A stretch of DNA of 64,000 bases from Octopus bimaculoides (lineage: Eukaryota), in assembly GCF_001194135.2 (NCBI RefSeq), contig NC_068993.1, positions 743,229-807,228 of the forward strand. Direction: 5' to 3'. The first letter of the stretch is position 1; every line of letters begins with the position of its first letter. The notes beneath the pieces were generated by a model that was not told where the DNA came from, did no database searches, and saw only the letters and a program-made list of their open reading frames with translations. Positions 51,390-63,389 of the stretch are shown one piece after another. The position numbers and the translations under genes were made by a program.

Positions 51390-51755
51390 ACTGAGACGAG
51401 GAATAAATGAAGAACCACATTGATTCCAAGAAGGAAAATAATATCGAGAGAAGATATTCCGGAACTTTACGACGAAGTTCGGAAGAACGAGTCGAAGATT
51501 GACGGAATCTGACGGAATCTGACGACAATGACACAATCGAAAAACATAAATTTTGTATTTTATTGTAATAAATTAATAAAATATATTTAAAACACCTTGT
51601 GTGTTATTATTAATTTTAATTCAATATTTCTTCATACATATACGCAGAACATAATCTAGAGATAATTAAAATATTTAGAAATACGAAACAGAGCGTGTCT
51701 CTTTCCATTTAATGTCGAATCCTTTTGGTGAATTCCTGAAAGCTTTCCCCCAAAC
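51390..51755. promoter_or_regulatory. Probable SPCS3 promoter / 5' UTR region
   Basis: About 12 CpGs in 51390-51545 against a CpG-poor background; four CGGAA cores (51460, 51480, 51503, 51513); directly upstream of the SPCS3 ATG. Confidence 0.45.
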
Positions 51756-51898
51756 ATGAATACTTTCCTCTCTCGAGCAAATACAATCTTTGCCTTCACG
51801 CTGAGTGTGATGGCTGTCCTCACCTTTGCCTGTTTTCTATCCACAGGACTTATTAACCTTAAAGCTGACACAAGTATCAAGACAGGCCGTGTCCATGT
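51756..51898 (+). CDS. SPCS3: Signal peptidase complex subunit 3 (SPC22/23), exon 1
   Basis: MNTFLSRANTIFAFTLSVMAVLTFACFLSTGLINLKADTSIKTGRVHV matches the SPCS3 N-terminus and TM helix (human [27 protein letters not shown]). 143 nt; donor GTAAGT at 51899 (phase 2). Confidence 0.95.
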
Positions 51899-52215
51899 GT
51901 AAGTATACTGTTTAACCCTAGGTCACAGTCCTCACTGGGAAGACACTTCATCATAGCCATTCCAACCGTGACTGTTCACTCCTCTATGATTGTATTATCC
52001 ATTCTTTCTTGAGGCAATGGTGTGTTCATGGGTTAGAGAGAGATCTGAGAAAGATTTGGCTGCTATTTTTAGCAGCTCCCGTTTGCTTGAACATACACAT
52101 ACGTCTGTCTATATACACGCATATCTATACACACACACACACATGTATGGTGGTTATAATCACATACAATGCTACTGTACTGAAGAAGTATTATATATAT
52201 ATATANNNNNNNNNN

Positions 52216-52262
<47 letters not shown>

Positions 52263-52904
52263 GTGTATACACACACAATGACAAATTTTAAAATATATGC
52301 TTTCAGCCTATCTTTCCTAGAATAATCAAAAGGTTATTGATTATTGTTTAGCTCATCTGATTTCATTCTTCATTCATCCTTTCATCGATCCTTTGTTGAA
52401 TTCCTATAATTGCTGTTTGAATAAATTGCTGGTTCCTCATTTCGTGTTTCCCACAACTTCCTTTTGTCATGTTTATGTCTCTCGCCTTAAATGACACGTA
52501 TACTTTATAATGTACGGGCGGTAGACTGACTAACTTAAAAATCTTCATAAACCCTGACGTTTATTAGAGCAAAACATTGTATAAATATGATTGAAGGCTC
52601 CAGTTGGGTCTAAGTTCATCGGGAAATTAAAACAAATATGGAAATATGGGTTTGAATTGATTCATTTCTTTTTAATCTCGCTGAATTGATGACGACAAGT
52701 TGTTGATGATAACGATGATGATTGTTGTTGGTTAATCTCGGGTCTGTGGTGATTTAGCAGACTGATGAGTAAAGGCGTTCCAACTGTGACTGTTCCATCA
52801 TTTTGTGTATTCATAAATAAATATTTACAATGTGTCTTGTTTTAAAGTTGAAATGGGATTGGAGCCAAAGGAGATCCTCTCTCGTTGGTTCCATTTTAAT
52901 AATC

Positions 52905-53231
52905 CTTTGGGTCTACTAAAGGCGCAAGGCTTGAAATTTTACGCGAGGAGCAAAATCACCACGGCGGAATTTGAACTCGGAACGTAAAGACAGACAAAAT
53001 GCCGCTAAGCATTTTGACCGGCGTGCTAACGATTCTGCCAGCTCGCCGCAAATAATAATAATAATAATCGATTACATCGACCCCAGTGTTTCACTAGTAC
53101 TTAATTTATTGATCTCGAAAGAATGAAAGACAAAGTCGACCTCGGTGGAATTTGAACTCAGAACGAAGCCGCAGACAAAATACCGCTAAGCATTCCGCCC
53201 GGCGTGCTGATGATTCTACCAGCTCGCCACC
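52905..53231 (-). mobile_element. Two tandem, young family B SINEs in SPCS3 intron 1
   Basis: Copies at 52905-53049 (internally deleted) and 53067-53231; head GGCGAGCTGG(C/T)AGAATC and B-box GAGTTCAAATTCC; CpGs largely intact; separated by (AAT)n. Confidence 0.85.
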
Positions 53232-54012
53232 TTAATAATATTAATATTATATATATGCTTGAGTCAAGGCATAGAACGCAACCCTTGATATCAGCAGTGG
53301 GGCCCGACGGCATATGCTGGTTTACCCCCGCCACATCATGCTGGTTCCATACCCCTTTGAGCAACATCAAATTCCCTCCTCCTCCATCCACACACACTCA
53401 CCATATACTCTTTCCAGTTAAGAGTTCTGGTAAGTTCATTTTCTCTTGGACTTCCCTCTGTCTCCTGTTTCTGAAGAAAAGCTTTGCTCAAAACATAAAA
53501 CCACCTTTCTTTCCTTTCCTGAGCATCTGCTAATACTTTACATGCACCATGTCCTCGCATTGTTGTTTTTTTGTGTTTGTTTTTTTATTTATTTATTATA
53601 TATATATATATACACACATCCACACACGTTACCCTACTTGGTGTCTTTTATGTCTTTAGCTGATTTCTGCCTATTGTAAGCCTAACAAGCCATATTTGCT
53701 TCTTGCCTCTGTCGTTGTTTAACTCCAGGACAACCATAAACAGGCAGACCTTTGATTGTCCCAGTTGTAAACATCTTGTTCCTTTTTCCCTTGCATGTCT
53801 CTGGTAGAATCCATTCTGTTACAAAAATAACGACCAAATCTTTGATCCTAATGTCCTCCAGCAAAACCCCTCCGCCGCCATCACCAGCCAATTTTTGAGA
53901 CCCTAAAAAGGGGTTGGCTGTATTGTCCTTCCACTTCTGATTAAGTCATTATTGAAATGTTTATATTAAATCATTTTCTAAATGATTTTTTAAAATTTCT
54001 TTTATTTAACAG

Positions 54013-54086
54013 CAAGAATTTACACGATTACCAAGCTGAACGAGAGAGAAGTGATCTTGGATATTTTGTCTTTGACCTCTATTCAG
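54013..54086 (+). CDS. SPCS3: SPCS3 exon 2
   Basis: Acceptor TTTAACAG ends at 54012. KNLHDYQAERERSDLGYFVFDLYS(D) compares with human [25 protein letters not shown]. 74 nt, followed by the U12 donor ATATCCTTTT. Confidence 0.93.
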
Positions 54087-54350
54087 ATATCCTTTTTTAA
54101 TTATATTTTCACATTGTTCCATTTTTATCTCCCTTCTTCTGTTTTATACTCCAAATTTGTCCCCTTTTTTTACCTTGTTGATGTTCATCAAACCCCTGAT
54201 TCCTCAGTTACTGGGTTTGTCGTTAATAATATCTATTCTCTTTCTATTTAATGTTTAAAAGATATCATTAAGTAATTTTTTTTTGAAGATAACAAAGATG
54301 GTTATAATTATAAAAAGTAATTAATTATCTATTTCCTTAACAATCCTAAC
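54087..54350 (+). other. SPCS3: U12-type (minor spliceosome) AT-AC intron, SPCS3 intron 2, 264 nt
   Basis: 5' site ATATCCTTTT at 54087 (consensus RTATCCTTT); branch site TTCCTTAAC at 54333-54341; terminal AC at 54349-54350. These boundaries keep the SPCS3 frame and give homologous exon lengths. Confidence 0.93.
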
Positions 54351-54427
54351 ATATTTCTAGATTATTTAATTGGAATGTGAAACTTCTGTTTCTTTATCTC
54401 ACAGCAGAATATGAAACGGCAGATCAT
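54351..54427 (+). CDS. SPCS3: SPCS3 exon 3
   Basis: (D)ISRLFNWNVKLLFLYLTAEYETADH compares with human [26 protein letters not shown]. 77 nt; donor GTAAGA at 54428. Confidence 0.93.
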
Positions 54428-54687
54428 GTAAGAACATTTTAAATGTTATTCTCAGCTTTCTTAAAGCCATTTCTTCCTTTTATTTCTAAATTTACAAATA
54501 TTTCAAAATATCATTTTTCATCTTTAGGTTAGGAAACATTTTCTGTGTTCAAATTCTGCTGAGTTTGATGTCTTTCAACCTCCCAGGATCAATAAATACC
54601 AGTCTAATACTGAGACCAGTCTAATCAGCTATAGCCACCCACTACATTTGAGGCCTTTTGCCTCTAACAGCTCAATATCGATATCTA

Positions 54688-54944
54688 TTCTCTCTCTCTG
54701 TCTCTCTCTCTCTCTGTCTCTCTCTCTCTCTGTCTCTCTCTCTCTCTGTCTCTCTCTCTCTCTGTCTCTCTCTCTCTCTGTCTCTCTNNNNNNNNNNNNN
54801 NNNNNNNNNNNNNNNNNNNNNNNNNNNNNNNNNNNNNNNNNNNNNNNNNNNNNNNNNNNNNNNNNNNNNNNNNNNNNNNNNNNNNNNNNNNNNNNNNNNN
54901 NNNNNNNNNNNNNNNNNNNNNNNNNNNNNNNNNNNNNNNNNNNN

Positions 54945-55018
<74 letters not shown>
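54688..55018. repeat. (CT)n/(CTGT) microsatellite spanning an N-gap, SPCS3 intron 3
   Basis: Read directly; gap at 54788-54944. Confidence 0.9.
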
Positions 55019-55021
<3 letters not shown>

Positions 55022-55879
55022 GGCTTTGTCAGTCAGAGTAGTTAATATCTGGTTGAATGAGAGTTTGGGGGTGTTGACTAAAGTTGTTGCTAAGCTCTAG
55101 ATCTGTTCTGATTAGTTGACATAGAATTAAAGGCATTGAAAACATGACCGTTCCATCTTCTTTTCGACAATAGTGTATCCAGGACCACGTCCTTCTAAGA
55201 CAGTTAGGTGTAATTTGAGGTTGACTTGGCTGCTCTTTCTAGCAGGTCAAGTGACGACCACCTAGAAGCATCACAATATCATTGTGAGTGATTGTTATTG
55301 TTTCATAACGAGAGACACTTTTTCTGTTGGTCTGTCTTTGACTCTGCTCCGTCTCTTGTGTGTTTATGGAATTAATACCTACCCCTTTTCTGCAGAGAAA
55401 GCAGGGCCATTACCTTGAAGATACCAAGCTCCCGTCTTCTTCTTTCCTCGTTACTAAAACCTTAGTCTTGGCTAAGTTTACTGATTCTAGGTTTAGCTGT
55501 CATAACCGAAATTTTCCTCTCCAATTCTCTGATAGATTCAGCCATGAAAATCAGATCATCAGCAGACGAGAGTTCCAGTCTTAAACTCTTCTGTGATGGT
55601 CTGGAGGACTATGATAAGTTAAAGAGGGTTAATGACGGAACCTTGATGGACTCCTATCATCATACTAAATTCACTCTGACATCATTGTTGAGTCTCCTTT
55701 TCCTGCATCTTTCTACTCAGCTTGGACGGCCCTCACAAGCCATGTGTCTGCATAGCTTAAATGTGAGGTATTAGATTAATTATTTTCATATCGTGTTACT
55801 GTCTCCCTTACTCCTCTCGTCAACCAATTTCCCATGACTGAAACATTACTAAATCTTTAATTATTGGAATTTATTTCAG

Positions 55880-55995
55880 AAATTCAATCAAGTCATCATT
55901 TGGGACAAAATTATTAAACGTGGAGAAAATGCATTATTGGATTATAGAAGTATGAACACGAAATACCATTTTTGGGATCTTGGAAATGGTTTACG
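55880..55995 (+). CDS. SPCS3: SPCS3 exon 4
   Basis: Acceptor TTATTTCAG ends at 55879. KFNQVIIWDKIIKRGENALLDYRSMNTKYHFWDLGNGL(R) compares with human [39 protein letters not shown]. 116 nt; donor GTTAGT at 55996. Confidence 0.95.
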
Positions 55996-57687
55996 GTTAG
56001 TATGTTGTCTTTTATTATATTGTGCCAAGGGTTGACGGCTCAAGAATTTCAGGTTTCAAAACTGATAGAAATTATTGCAGTTAATGGAATAGAAAGTAAT
56101 TTTGGTTTTTTAGTGTGAAATAAAAGTAATTTTTTTTCACACAACGAATAAATATATACATATATATATATATATANNNNNNNNNNNNNNNNNNNNNNNN
56201 NNNNNNNNNNNNNNNNNNNNNNNNNNNNNNNNNNNNNNNNNNNNNNNNNNNNNNNNNNNNNNNNNNNNNNNNNNNNNNNNNNNNNNNNNNNNNNNNNNNN
56301 NNNNNNNNNNNNNNNNNNNNNNNNNNNNNNNNNNNNNNNNNNNNNNNNNNNNNNNNNNNNNNNNNNNNNNNNNNNNNNNNNNNNNNNNNNNNNNNNNNNN
56401 NNNNNNNNNNNNNNNNNNNNNNNNNNNNNNNNNNNNNNNNNNNNNNNNNNNNNNNNNNNNNNNNNNNNNNNNNNNNNNNNNNNNNNNNNNNNNNNNNNNN
56501 NNNNNNNNNNNNNNNNNNNNNNNNNNNNNNNNNNNNNNNNNNNNNNNNNNNNNNNNNNNNNNNNNNNNNNNNNNNNNNNNNNNNNNNNNNNNNNNNNNNN
56601 NNNNNNNNNNNNNNNNNNNNNNNNNNNNNNNNNNNNNNNNNNNNNNNNNNNNNNNNNNNNNNNNNNNCCCCCGCCGCCACCAGCTGTAACGCTGTTATTC
56701 ATAATCCCTGTCAGTGCATTCCCTCGTGATGTATATATGGGGAGCATCCTCCACATCATCGTCTAACACCCGTTTTCTAAGCTGGCTTGGATTGTTCGGT
56801 TGGTTTCTTGTACTAAAGTGAACGGAATGTTTTGCTGAGGAAACCTGATAAGACTGAAACATGTCTTTTGTATTCTGTTGGCTTAAAAGATCGGATCTGT
56901 TCCAATTGCAATTGTCAATATAGACTTAAAATGTTTGTTTCGTAGATTCCGATGGAGTTATGTCCCTTGTTTTCAGATTTTTCTGTTTTTAAAACCCCGC
57001 CAGCGGGCGTCTGTCGAATTGCAACGGTCAGCCGAGGCAACGCTCTACTGTACTTCTATTTGTTAGGTACGGCACTCCTCCTCCACTCCCCTTGTAGCCA
57101 TTGTTACTCACCTCTTTCACAGACGGCAGCAGATTGTTGGAATTAACGGAACGAGCAATGCCTTGCGATGTTTAGTTATGTCTCCGAGTAACGTCCTCCG
57201 TTTAAATTACATTTGGCTCAGTGAAATAAATACCAGTCATGTCCTGAAGTCATCGAATCAATTATTTCACAGTGATCCAATTTTAGGAATTATTTCCCCA
57301 AACAGGTGAGACTGGTTGAATGTTTCCAGAGGGATGTTACGCTATTTCAATTACCTCCCTTTACAATCTGTGTTCTATCCCTGCTGTGGTCTTCACCCTG
57401 TAGCCGTCCATGAAACCCATTAAACAGTTTTATTGAAGAAGCATTTAGTGATGGAAAGAGTGAATGCCTTCCAGACATTTTCAAAATTAAATTAAAAGTA
57501 TCTTTTGTTATAAATATAGGAAAGAAAGTGTTTAACAAAAATGATTTTTATCATGTCCACAAATACTTCAGCTGAATTCCTCTGTAAAAATTTAATTTTC
57601 TATTTTCTGAAGAGGAATTGTTTTAATTGATGTTATAAGATATTTTCTTGTATTAATATTTGACTTTTTGCTTTCTTCCTTCCACAG

Positions 57688-57817
57688 TGGAAACAAAAAC
57701 GTGACCTTGTCGCTGTCGTGGAATGTGATACCAAACGCTGGAACTTTACCCAAAGTTGTTGCAGACGGAAAATATAACTTCGCCTTCCCAGATCACTACA
57801 CTTCTTTTCGACCCTAA
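57688..57817 (+). CDS. SPCS3: SPCS3 exon 5 (terminal)
   Basis: Acceptor CTTCCTTCCACAG ends at 57687. GNKNVTLSLSWNVIPNAGTLPKVVADGKYNFAFPDHYTSFRP* compares with human GNRNVTLTLSWNVVPNAGILP; N-glycosylation sequon NVT retained; TAA at 57815-57817. Total CDS 540 nt = 179 aa. Confidence 0.95.
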
Positions 57818-57855
57818 ACAATTTCATTTCTCATTTAATTGATTTTATTTAAGTT

Positions 57856-57923
57856 AATAAAAAATATTTTGTTTTCAAAAAAATTTGTCATTGAATAAAT
57901 TTGTCTTTTTTCTATTTAATAAA
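57856..57923 (+). terminator. Candidate SPCS3 polyadenylation signals
   Basis: AATAAA at 57856, 57894 and 57918, 39-101 nt after the stop; the one used is unknown. Confidence 0.55.
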
Positions 57924-57989
57924 CCGGGTTTGATGAAATTTGAAATACAAGTTTTTATGGGGTTGGCTAAGTCAGCTTGTTGCCATTTG

Positions 57990-58160
57990 TTCTGGTCTCC
58001 TGTCCTCTCCCTTGTAAAGGTTTGACATCAACCTTCAACCCTTCTAGTCATGTCTTAGTCTCCTCTGGTGGACTCCTATCTTGATAATTCCTCACAGTTT
58101 CCCTTCCAGTGTGATTCTTCATCGTTCATACCTCTGACATCAGTTTTTCATTTCATCTTC
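57990..58160 (-). mobile_element. Degenerate RTE LINE ORF-end fragment
   Basis: Reverse complement loosely aligns to 31585-31660 (GAGGGAAATTGTGG...GAAGGCTGATCTCAAA). Confidence 0.45.
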
Positions 58161-60254
58161 TCTCTGCTTGTTAACCTAACATAACCAGTGGAATACAAAG
58201 AATGAAAATAACTGTGACCAGGCTTCAGATTAGATCGTGTTACTGAGCCATAACGTGGTGTGGTGACAGCTGCAATGTGGTTTACTCATCCAAACCGTTC
58301 CACAAATAACAACAAACTCTACAGACCAGCAATGTTTGGACCCTGAAAGAATTCAAGAAATGTTTTGTCACTGAACATTTTAAAAAAGATCTGGCTGGCA
58401 ATATTTCTCTTTTTGGGAAAGTTCATTTCAAACTGGCCGTACCACTATAAATATGTTTCTACCAGGTCAGGAATTTCTGGAATATATCCAAAATTTCTGA
58501 ATTGAAAGTCCCTAATAACAATACAAGCATTTCGTCACAAGCCTTGAGAAAAAGCAGAATCAATTAAATAAATGTAAATATATTTGATTAACATTTTTAA
58601 AATTGACTCTGGAAGTAGGAAAGCTTAAGTCGATTCAGAAGGGGAATGTATGGTACCTCAGCACAACCTAGCAGCTGATGTTTATGGTACCTCAAAACAG
58701 TAGATATGGTACCTTAATAGAGTGCTGTGGATAGCATGTTGCTATCTAAGATATTTTACTGTGGTGTAACGATCTCAGTACAATGTTGTACGTGCAAATG
58801 TCTTGGATTATATTGTCCCAAGAATCGTTTATTTCTTCAAGACATTAAAATGTGATTTGAAGTAGGTTTGACTGCTATTTCTTACACGTCATGTGACTGC
58901 CTCTAGAGCGTTCCTCGACGTATTGGGACAAAAATGTATGCTGTTAGTCAAGTCCTTTTTCAGTTTCCTCCTTTCAGCTCTGATACAATAAAGTACCAGT
59001 TATATTTTGAGGTCGATTCAATCTGGCTCTTACAAAGCTGCAGCCTAATGTTAAAGATCATTAAAATATATCTTAGGAGGATTATGTATAACGTAGCACT
59101 CAATAGGGCAGTTTGTGTAGAGTTGGGGGTAAAATGACGGGCAACCAATTTTGGGACACAGTTTTGTAAATATTTCATTTATTCCAAAAATATTCTTTAG
59201 GTGAAATTGATAGCCAAGATGATCTATTGATATTACTTTGTTTTAAATCATGAAAAATCAAATAATTATGTGTATTTCACGTGTTAATTAGGAAAGGAAA
59301 CAAACGTCTGTTAATTTCAAAATCAGGAATTTAAAGTGTCTAAGGTAGACAACTCAAACTGTCTTAGTTGCTAAGTGTTTATATATATGAGAGTTGTTTC
59401 CCTTGCCCCAGTAAAAAAAAAAATCCTGCTTGTTGCGGATATTCTGTGAACATTATGCAGAATGTATTGCTATGTGCTGGAGTAGTTTCCTCGTTTGACT
59501 GGGATTAATTAATTAAGCAGACAGCAGTTAATTTGCATAAATATATAACTGAAAGGATTAATATACATCGATATAAACAAAGACAAGAATGGATATAGTA
59601 ACGAGTGTATATAAAATGAGACTGTCAGCTCGTATGGTTGAAGTTAAGACGTTTCCTGTGTGTATAAACCACATTTTGTAAACATCGCATTTTGTATACA
59701 TCCGCTCACCTTGTTATCAGAAATAGACGCATCCAGGTCATCCGATTTATTATATTTCATTAGTTTATGCTGTCTGTCTGTCTGTCTGTCTAAATATATA
59801 CATACATACATATATATATATACATANNNNNNNNNNNNNNNNNNNNNNNNNNNNNNNNNNNNNNNNNNNNNNNNNNNNNNNNNNNNNNNNNNNNNNNNNN
59901 NNNNNNNNNNNNNNNNNNNNNNNNNNNNNNNNNNNNNNNNNNNNNNNNNNNNNNNNNNNNNNNNNNNNNNNNNNNNNNNNNNNNNNNNNNNNNNNNNNNN
60001 NNNNNNNNNNNNNNNNNNNNNNNNNNNNNNNNNNNNNNNNNNNNNNNNNNNNNNNNNNNNNNNNNNNNNNNNNNNNNNNNNNNNNNNNNNNNNNNNNNNN
60101 NNNNNNNNNNNNNNNNNNNNNNNNNNNNNNNNNNNNNNNNNNNNNNNNNNNNNNNNNNNNNNNNNNNNNNNNNNNNNNNNNNNNNNNNNNNNNNNNNNNN
60201 NNNNNNNNNNNNNNNNNNNNNNNNNNNNNNNNNNNNNNNNNNNNNNNNNNNNNN

Positions 60255-60296
<42 letters not shown>

Positions 60297-60382
60297 GTGC
60301 GCACGCACACACACACACACACACGCACACACACACACGCAAATGAAAATGTGAAAGAAAACATTTAAAATTTACTGAATCG

Positions 60383-60540
60383 GTTGTGCAGTGAAGAAGA
60401 TCGTTTCAGAACCACATAGTCCCAAGTTCAGTCCTACTGCATGGCACCTTGGGCAAGTGTCTTCTACTATAACACTAGTCGATCAGAGCCTTGTGAGTGA
60501 ATTTGATAAACGGAAACTGAAAGAAGCCCGTCGTACATGT
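60383..60540 (+). mobile_element. SINE family A
   Basis: AGTTCAGTCCTACTGCATGGCACCTTGGGCAAGTGTCTTCTACTATA...CGGAAACTGAAAGAAGCCCGTCG; CCTTGGGCAAGT resembles the MIR/CORE block. Confidence 0.8.
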
Positions 60541-60599
60541 GTATGTAATATGTATATATATGTATATGTATATATGTGTGCGTGCTCATCTTTGTGAAT

Positions 60600-60797
60600 G
60601 TGTTTGTCCTCCATCACCGTTTGGCAACCGGTGTTGGTGGTTTTACGTCCCTGTAACTTAGCAGTTCGGCGCAAGAAACGGATGGAATAAATACCAGGCT
60701 TAAGAAGAAAGTAAGTACAGGGATCGGTTGTTCGAATGAAACCTTTGGCGGCAGTGCTCCAGCATGGCCACAGTCCAATGACTAAAACTAGTGAAAG
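60600..60797 (+). mobile_element. SINE 3' domain, family D (also at 16612-16735 and 1025-1090, minus strand)
   Basis: GAATAAATACCAGGCTTA...GTGCTCCAGCATGGCCACAGTCCAATGACTAAAAC shared among the three loci. Confidence 0.65.
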
Positions 60798-61763
60798 CGA
60801 AATCCGGTGACATTCTGCTCTTCCGAACCAGAATATTTCACGAAAAGAAATGGAAATTTTTTTATTGGTTTTGGAAGAAAATGAAAAATGGCTTTTGTTT
60901 ATTTTTGTGAGGAATTCGTAAAATTTGTGGAAGTTTTTCCGATGGAGATTTTCCAAGGAAGTGGAATGGGTGATGGGAGGTTACGGATGTAGAAAAAATA
61001 TGGAATTGTTGCTATAAAGGAAAAAAAAAATATTAATTTGAGCGAGGAAGTGTTGAGTTGTTAATTAAAAGAAAAAAATGAATGAATTAATTAGAGCGGC
61101 GGGGTTGATGAAGCGGGTGGTGGGAATTGGAGGTGGCTACAGAACGTCGCCAAAGAAATGTTATTTTAAGAAATGTAAGAGTTTGTTCCCCTTAACCAGA
61201 ACTTTTACCATTTTAAACCTGGCTTCATGGAATGGTAAACCTGTGATGGAATCGAGAAAAATATCAAAATTATTGAGTCAAGGTCAAAGGTAAATTACAG
61301 GAATAGTTTATATGAGTTTAGATTTTTGGCGGTGGGAGACGTGGCGGTGGATATTGGCCCCAGGACATTACTGGTATTATATTTTATTAATCCTGGACGG
61401 ATGAAAGACAACGGGCCTTCTGATTATTTAGATTTCTGCTACAATTATTCCAATCACATCTAGGCTGCTGTAGGGGAATATTAAATTTGGTACCTCAAAG
61501 AACTAACATGACAGACTGTAGGCAGTAGTCGTCTTAGTCTTCAGTTATTATTTCAAAGACATCTAAGAGACTTCATGAATATACTAAATAGACCCAAGTA
61601 GATAACTGGTATTTTATGAGCCCAGGAAGGATGAAAAGGTAAGTTGACTTCGATGGGATTTGAAGGGAGAACATTAGAGGTCGGAACTAAATACCGTAAG
61701 GCATTTTCTATCATGCTGTAACGATCCATAATGTACCATTTTTATAGACACCCCACCCCACCC

Positions 61764-62170
61764 CTTCTTCTTCTTCTTCTTCTTCTTCTTCTTCTTCTTC
61801 TTCTTCTTCTTCTTCTTCTTCTTCTTCTTCTTCTTCTTCTTCTTCTTCTTCTTCTTCTTCTTCTTNNNNNNNNNNNNNNNNNNNNNNNNNNNNNNNNNNN
61901 NNNNNNNNNNNNNNNNNNNNNNNNNNNNNNNNNNNNNNNNNNNNNNNNNNNNNNNNNNNNNNNNNNNNNNNNNNNNNNNNNNNNNNNNNNNNNNNNNNNN
62001 NNNNNNNNNNNNNNNNNNNNNNNNNNNNNNNNNNNNNNNNNNNNNNNNNNNNNNNNNNNNNNNNNNNNNNNNNNNNNNNNNNNNNNNNNNNNNNNNNNNN
62101 NNNNNNNNNNNNNNNNNNNNNNNNNNNNNNNNNNNNNNNTATAGATAGATAGATAGATAGATAGATAGAT
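61764..62170. repeat. (CTT)n and (GATA)n flanking an N-gap
   Basis: Read directly; gap at 61866-62139. Confidence 0.9.
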
Positions 62171-62806
62171 TCTTATATTTTGGTGTGTGTGGATAATTAA
62201 GCACAACCTGAATATAGCCACCTGACGGTGTGTGTCGGGTGTAAGAACTATGCTGGACCTACAACCAAGGCGTTTGTATAAATGTCTTACAACCCACAAT
62301 GGACAGCTGTTGGTTACAAAATGTGAAGTGAACAGAGGTGGGGTTTGAACCCGGAGCTCAGTAAGTGAACCAGACAGAACAACATCTGTCCGTCTATTGT
62401 CTTGTCTAAGGAAGGGGCAAATATTGACCCCAAATTGTAAGGTCATATAGCCCCTATGAAGGGGAATCAGGAAAGGTTGACTATCATGCCGTAACTAAGG
62501 ACATTAATAACGTAAACAAGGCAAACTGGAATGGTTCTTACCGCAACGCGAAACCGTATGGCAGGCTTCACAAAATGATTTGTTTATCACAAATGCACAA
62601 AATAATGATTTCTTATCTCGTTAAATATCAAAACATTTCTAGAGACGAGGCTTATTGGAATAAATGAACACCAGGATATAACTGGTATTTATTTTGGAAA
62701 CAAACAGAAGAAACTCGAAAGAAAATAATTGACTGCAGCGGGATTTGAACCCAGAAATAAAAAGTGAATACGTGACTGTTTCGTTACCGTCAGAGGAACA
62801 AATTAT

Positions 62807-62807
<1 letters not shown>

Positions 62808-62852
<45 letters not shown>

Positions 62853-62913
62853 NNNNNNNNNNAGAGAAAGAGAGAGAGAGAGAGGGGGAGGAGGGAAGGA
62901 CGGAGAGTGAGAT

Positions 62914-62949
<36 letters not shown>

Positions 62950-63115
62950 TATATACACACACACGCACTATAAACACATACATATATGTACATACATATA
63001 CATACAAACACACACATATGTATGTGTGTGTGCTTCTGCGTCAGTATATGTACCTGTATAAGTTTGTGTGCCTATGTGTTTATATGGGTCTGTGTGCATG
63101 TGTGTGTTACTAGAT
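62808..63115. repeat. (GA)n, (AT)n and (CA/TG)n compound microsatellite
   Basis: Read directly. Confidence 0.9.
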
Positions 63116-63389
63116 GAACCGCTTAAATAAATACCATGCAATGTTATTGAGAACATTAGGATTTTAAACTACATGAATGGGGTCAGTGGATAAGAAGTTA
63201 CTAGCGTTGGGTATTGGAAATTAAGGTCACTGGTTCGATTCCGGCTTCGTGCGGCGAACACTTGTAATAATACATACAATTACGATGGAAAATCAACCGA
63301 TGGGAACTTAGCACACACACACACACATACATACATACATACATACATACATACATACATACATACAATAATAAAGCTTAAAATTAACC

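Noticed and set aside
52762-52800. CTGATGA as another hammerhead core
   Set aside because: No stem II or GAAA follows; it is part of a retroelement UTR fragment.
37472-62446. Long ORFs in the track that span N-gaps (up to 258 aa)
   Set aside because: Open only because of X codons and microsatellites.
63180-63260. tRNA gene (GGTTCGATTCC B-box)
   Set aside because: No convincing acceptor stem or cloverleaf; more likely a decayed SINE head. The same applies to the heads at 16071, 18376 and 53231.
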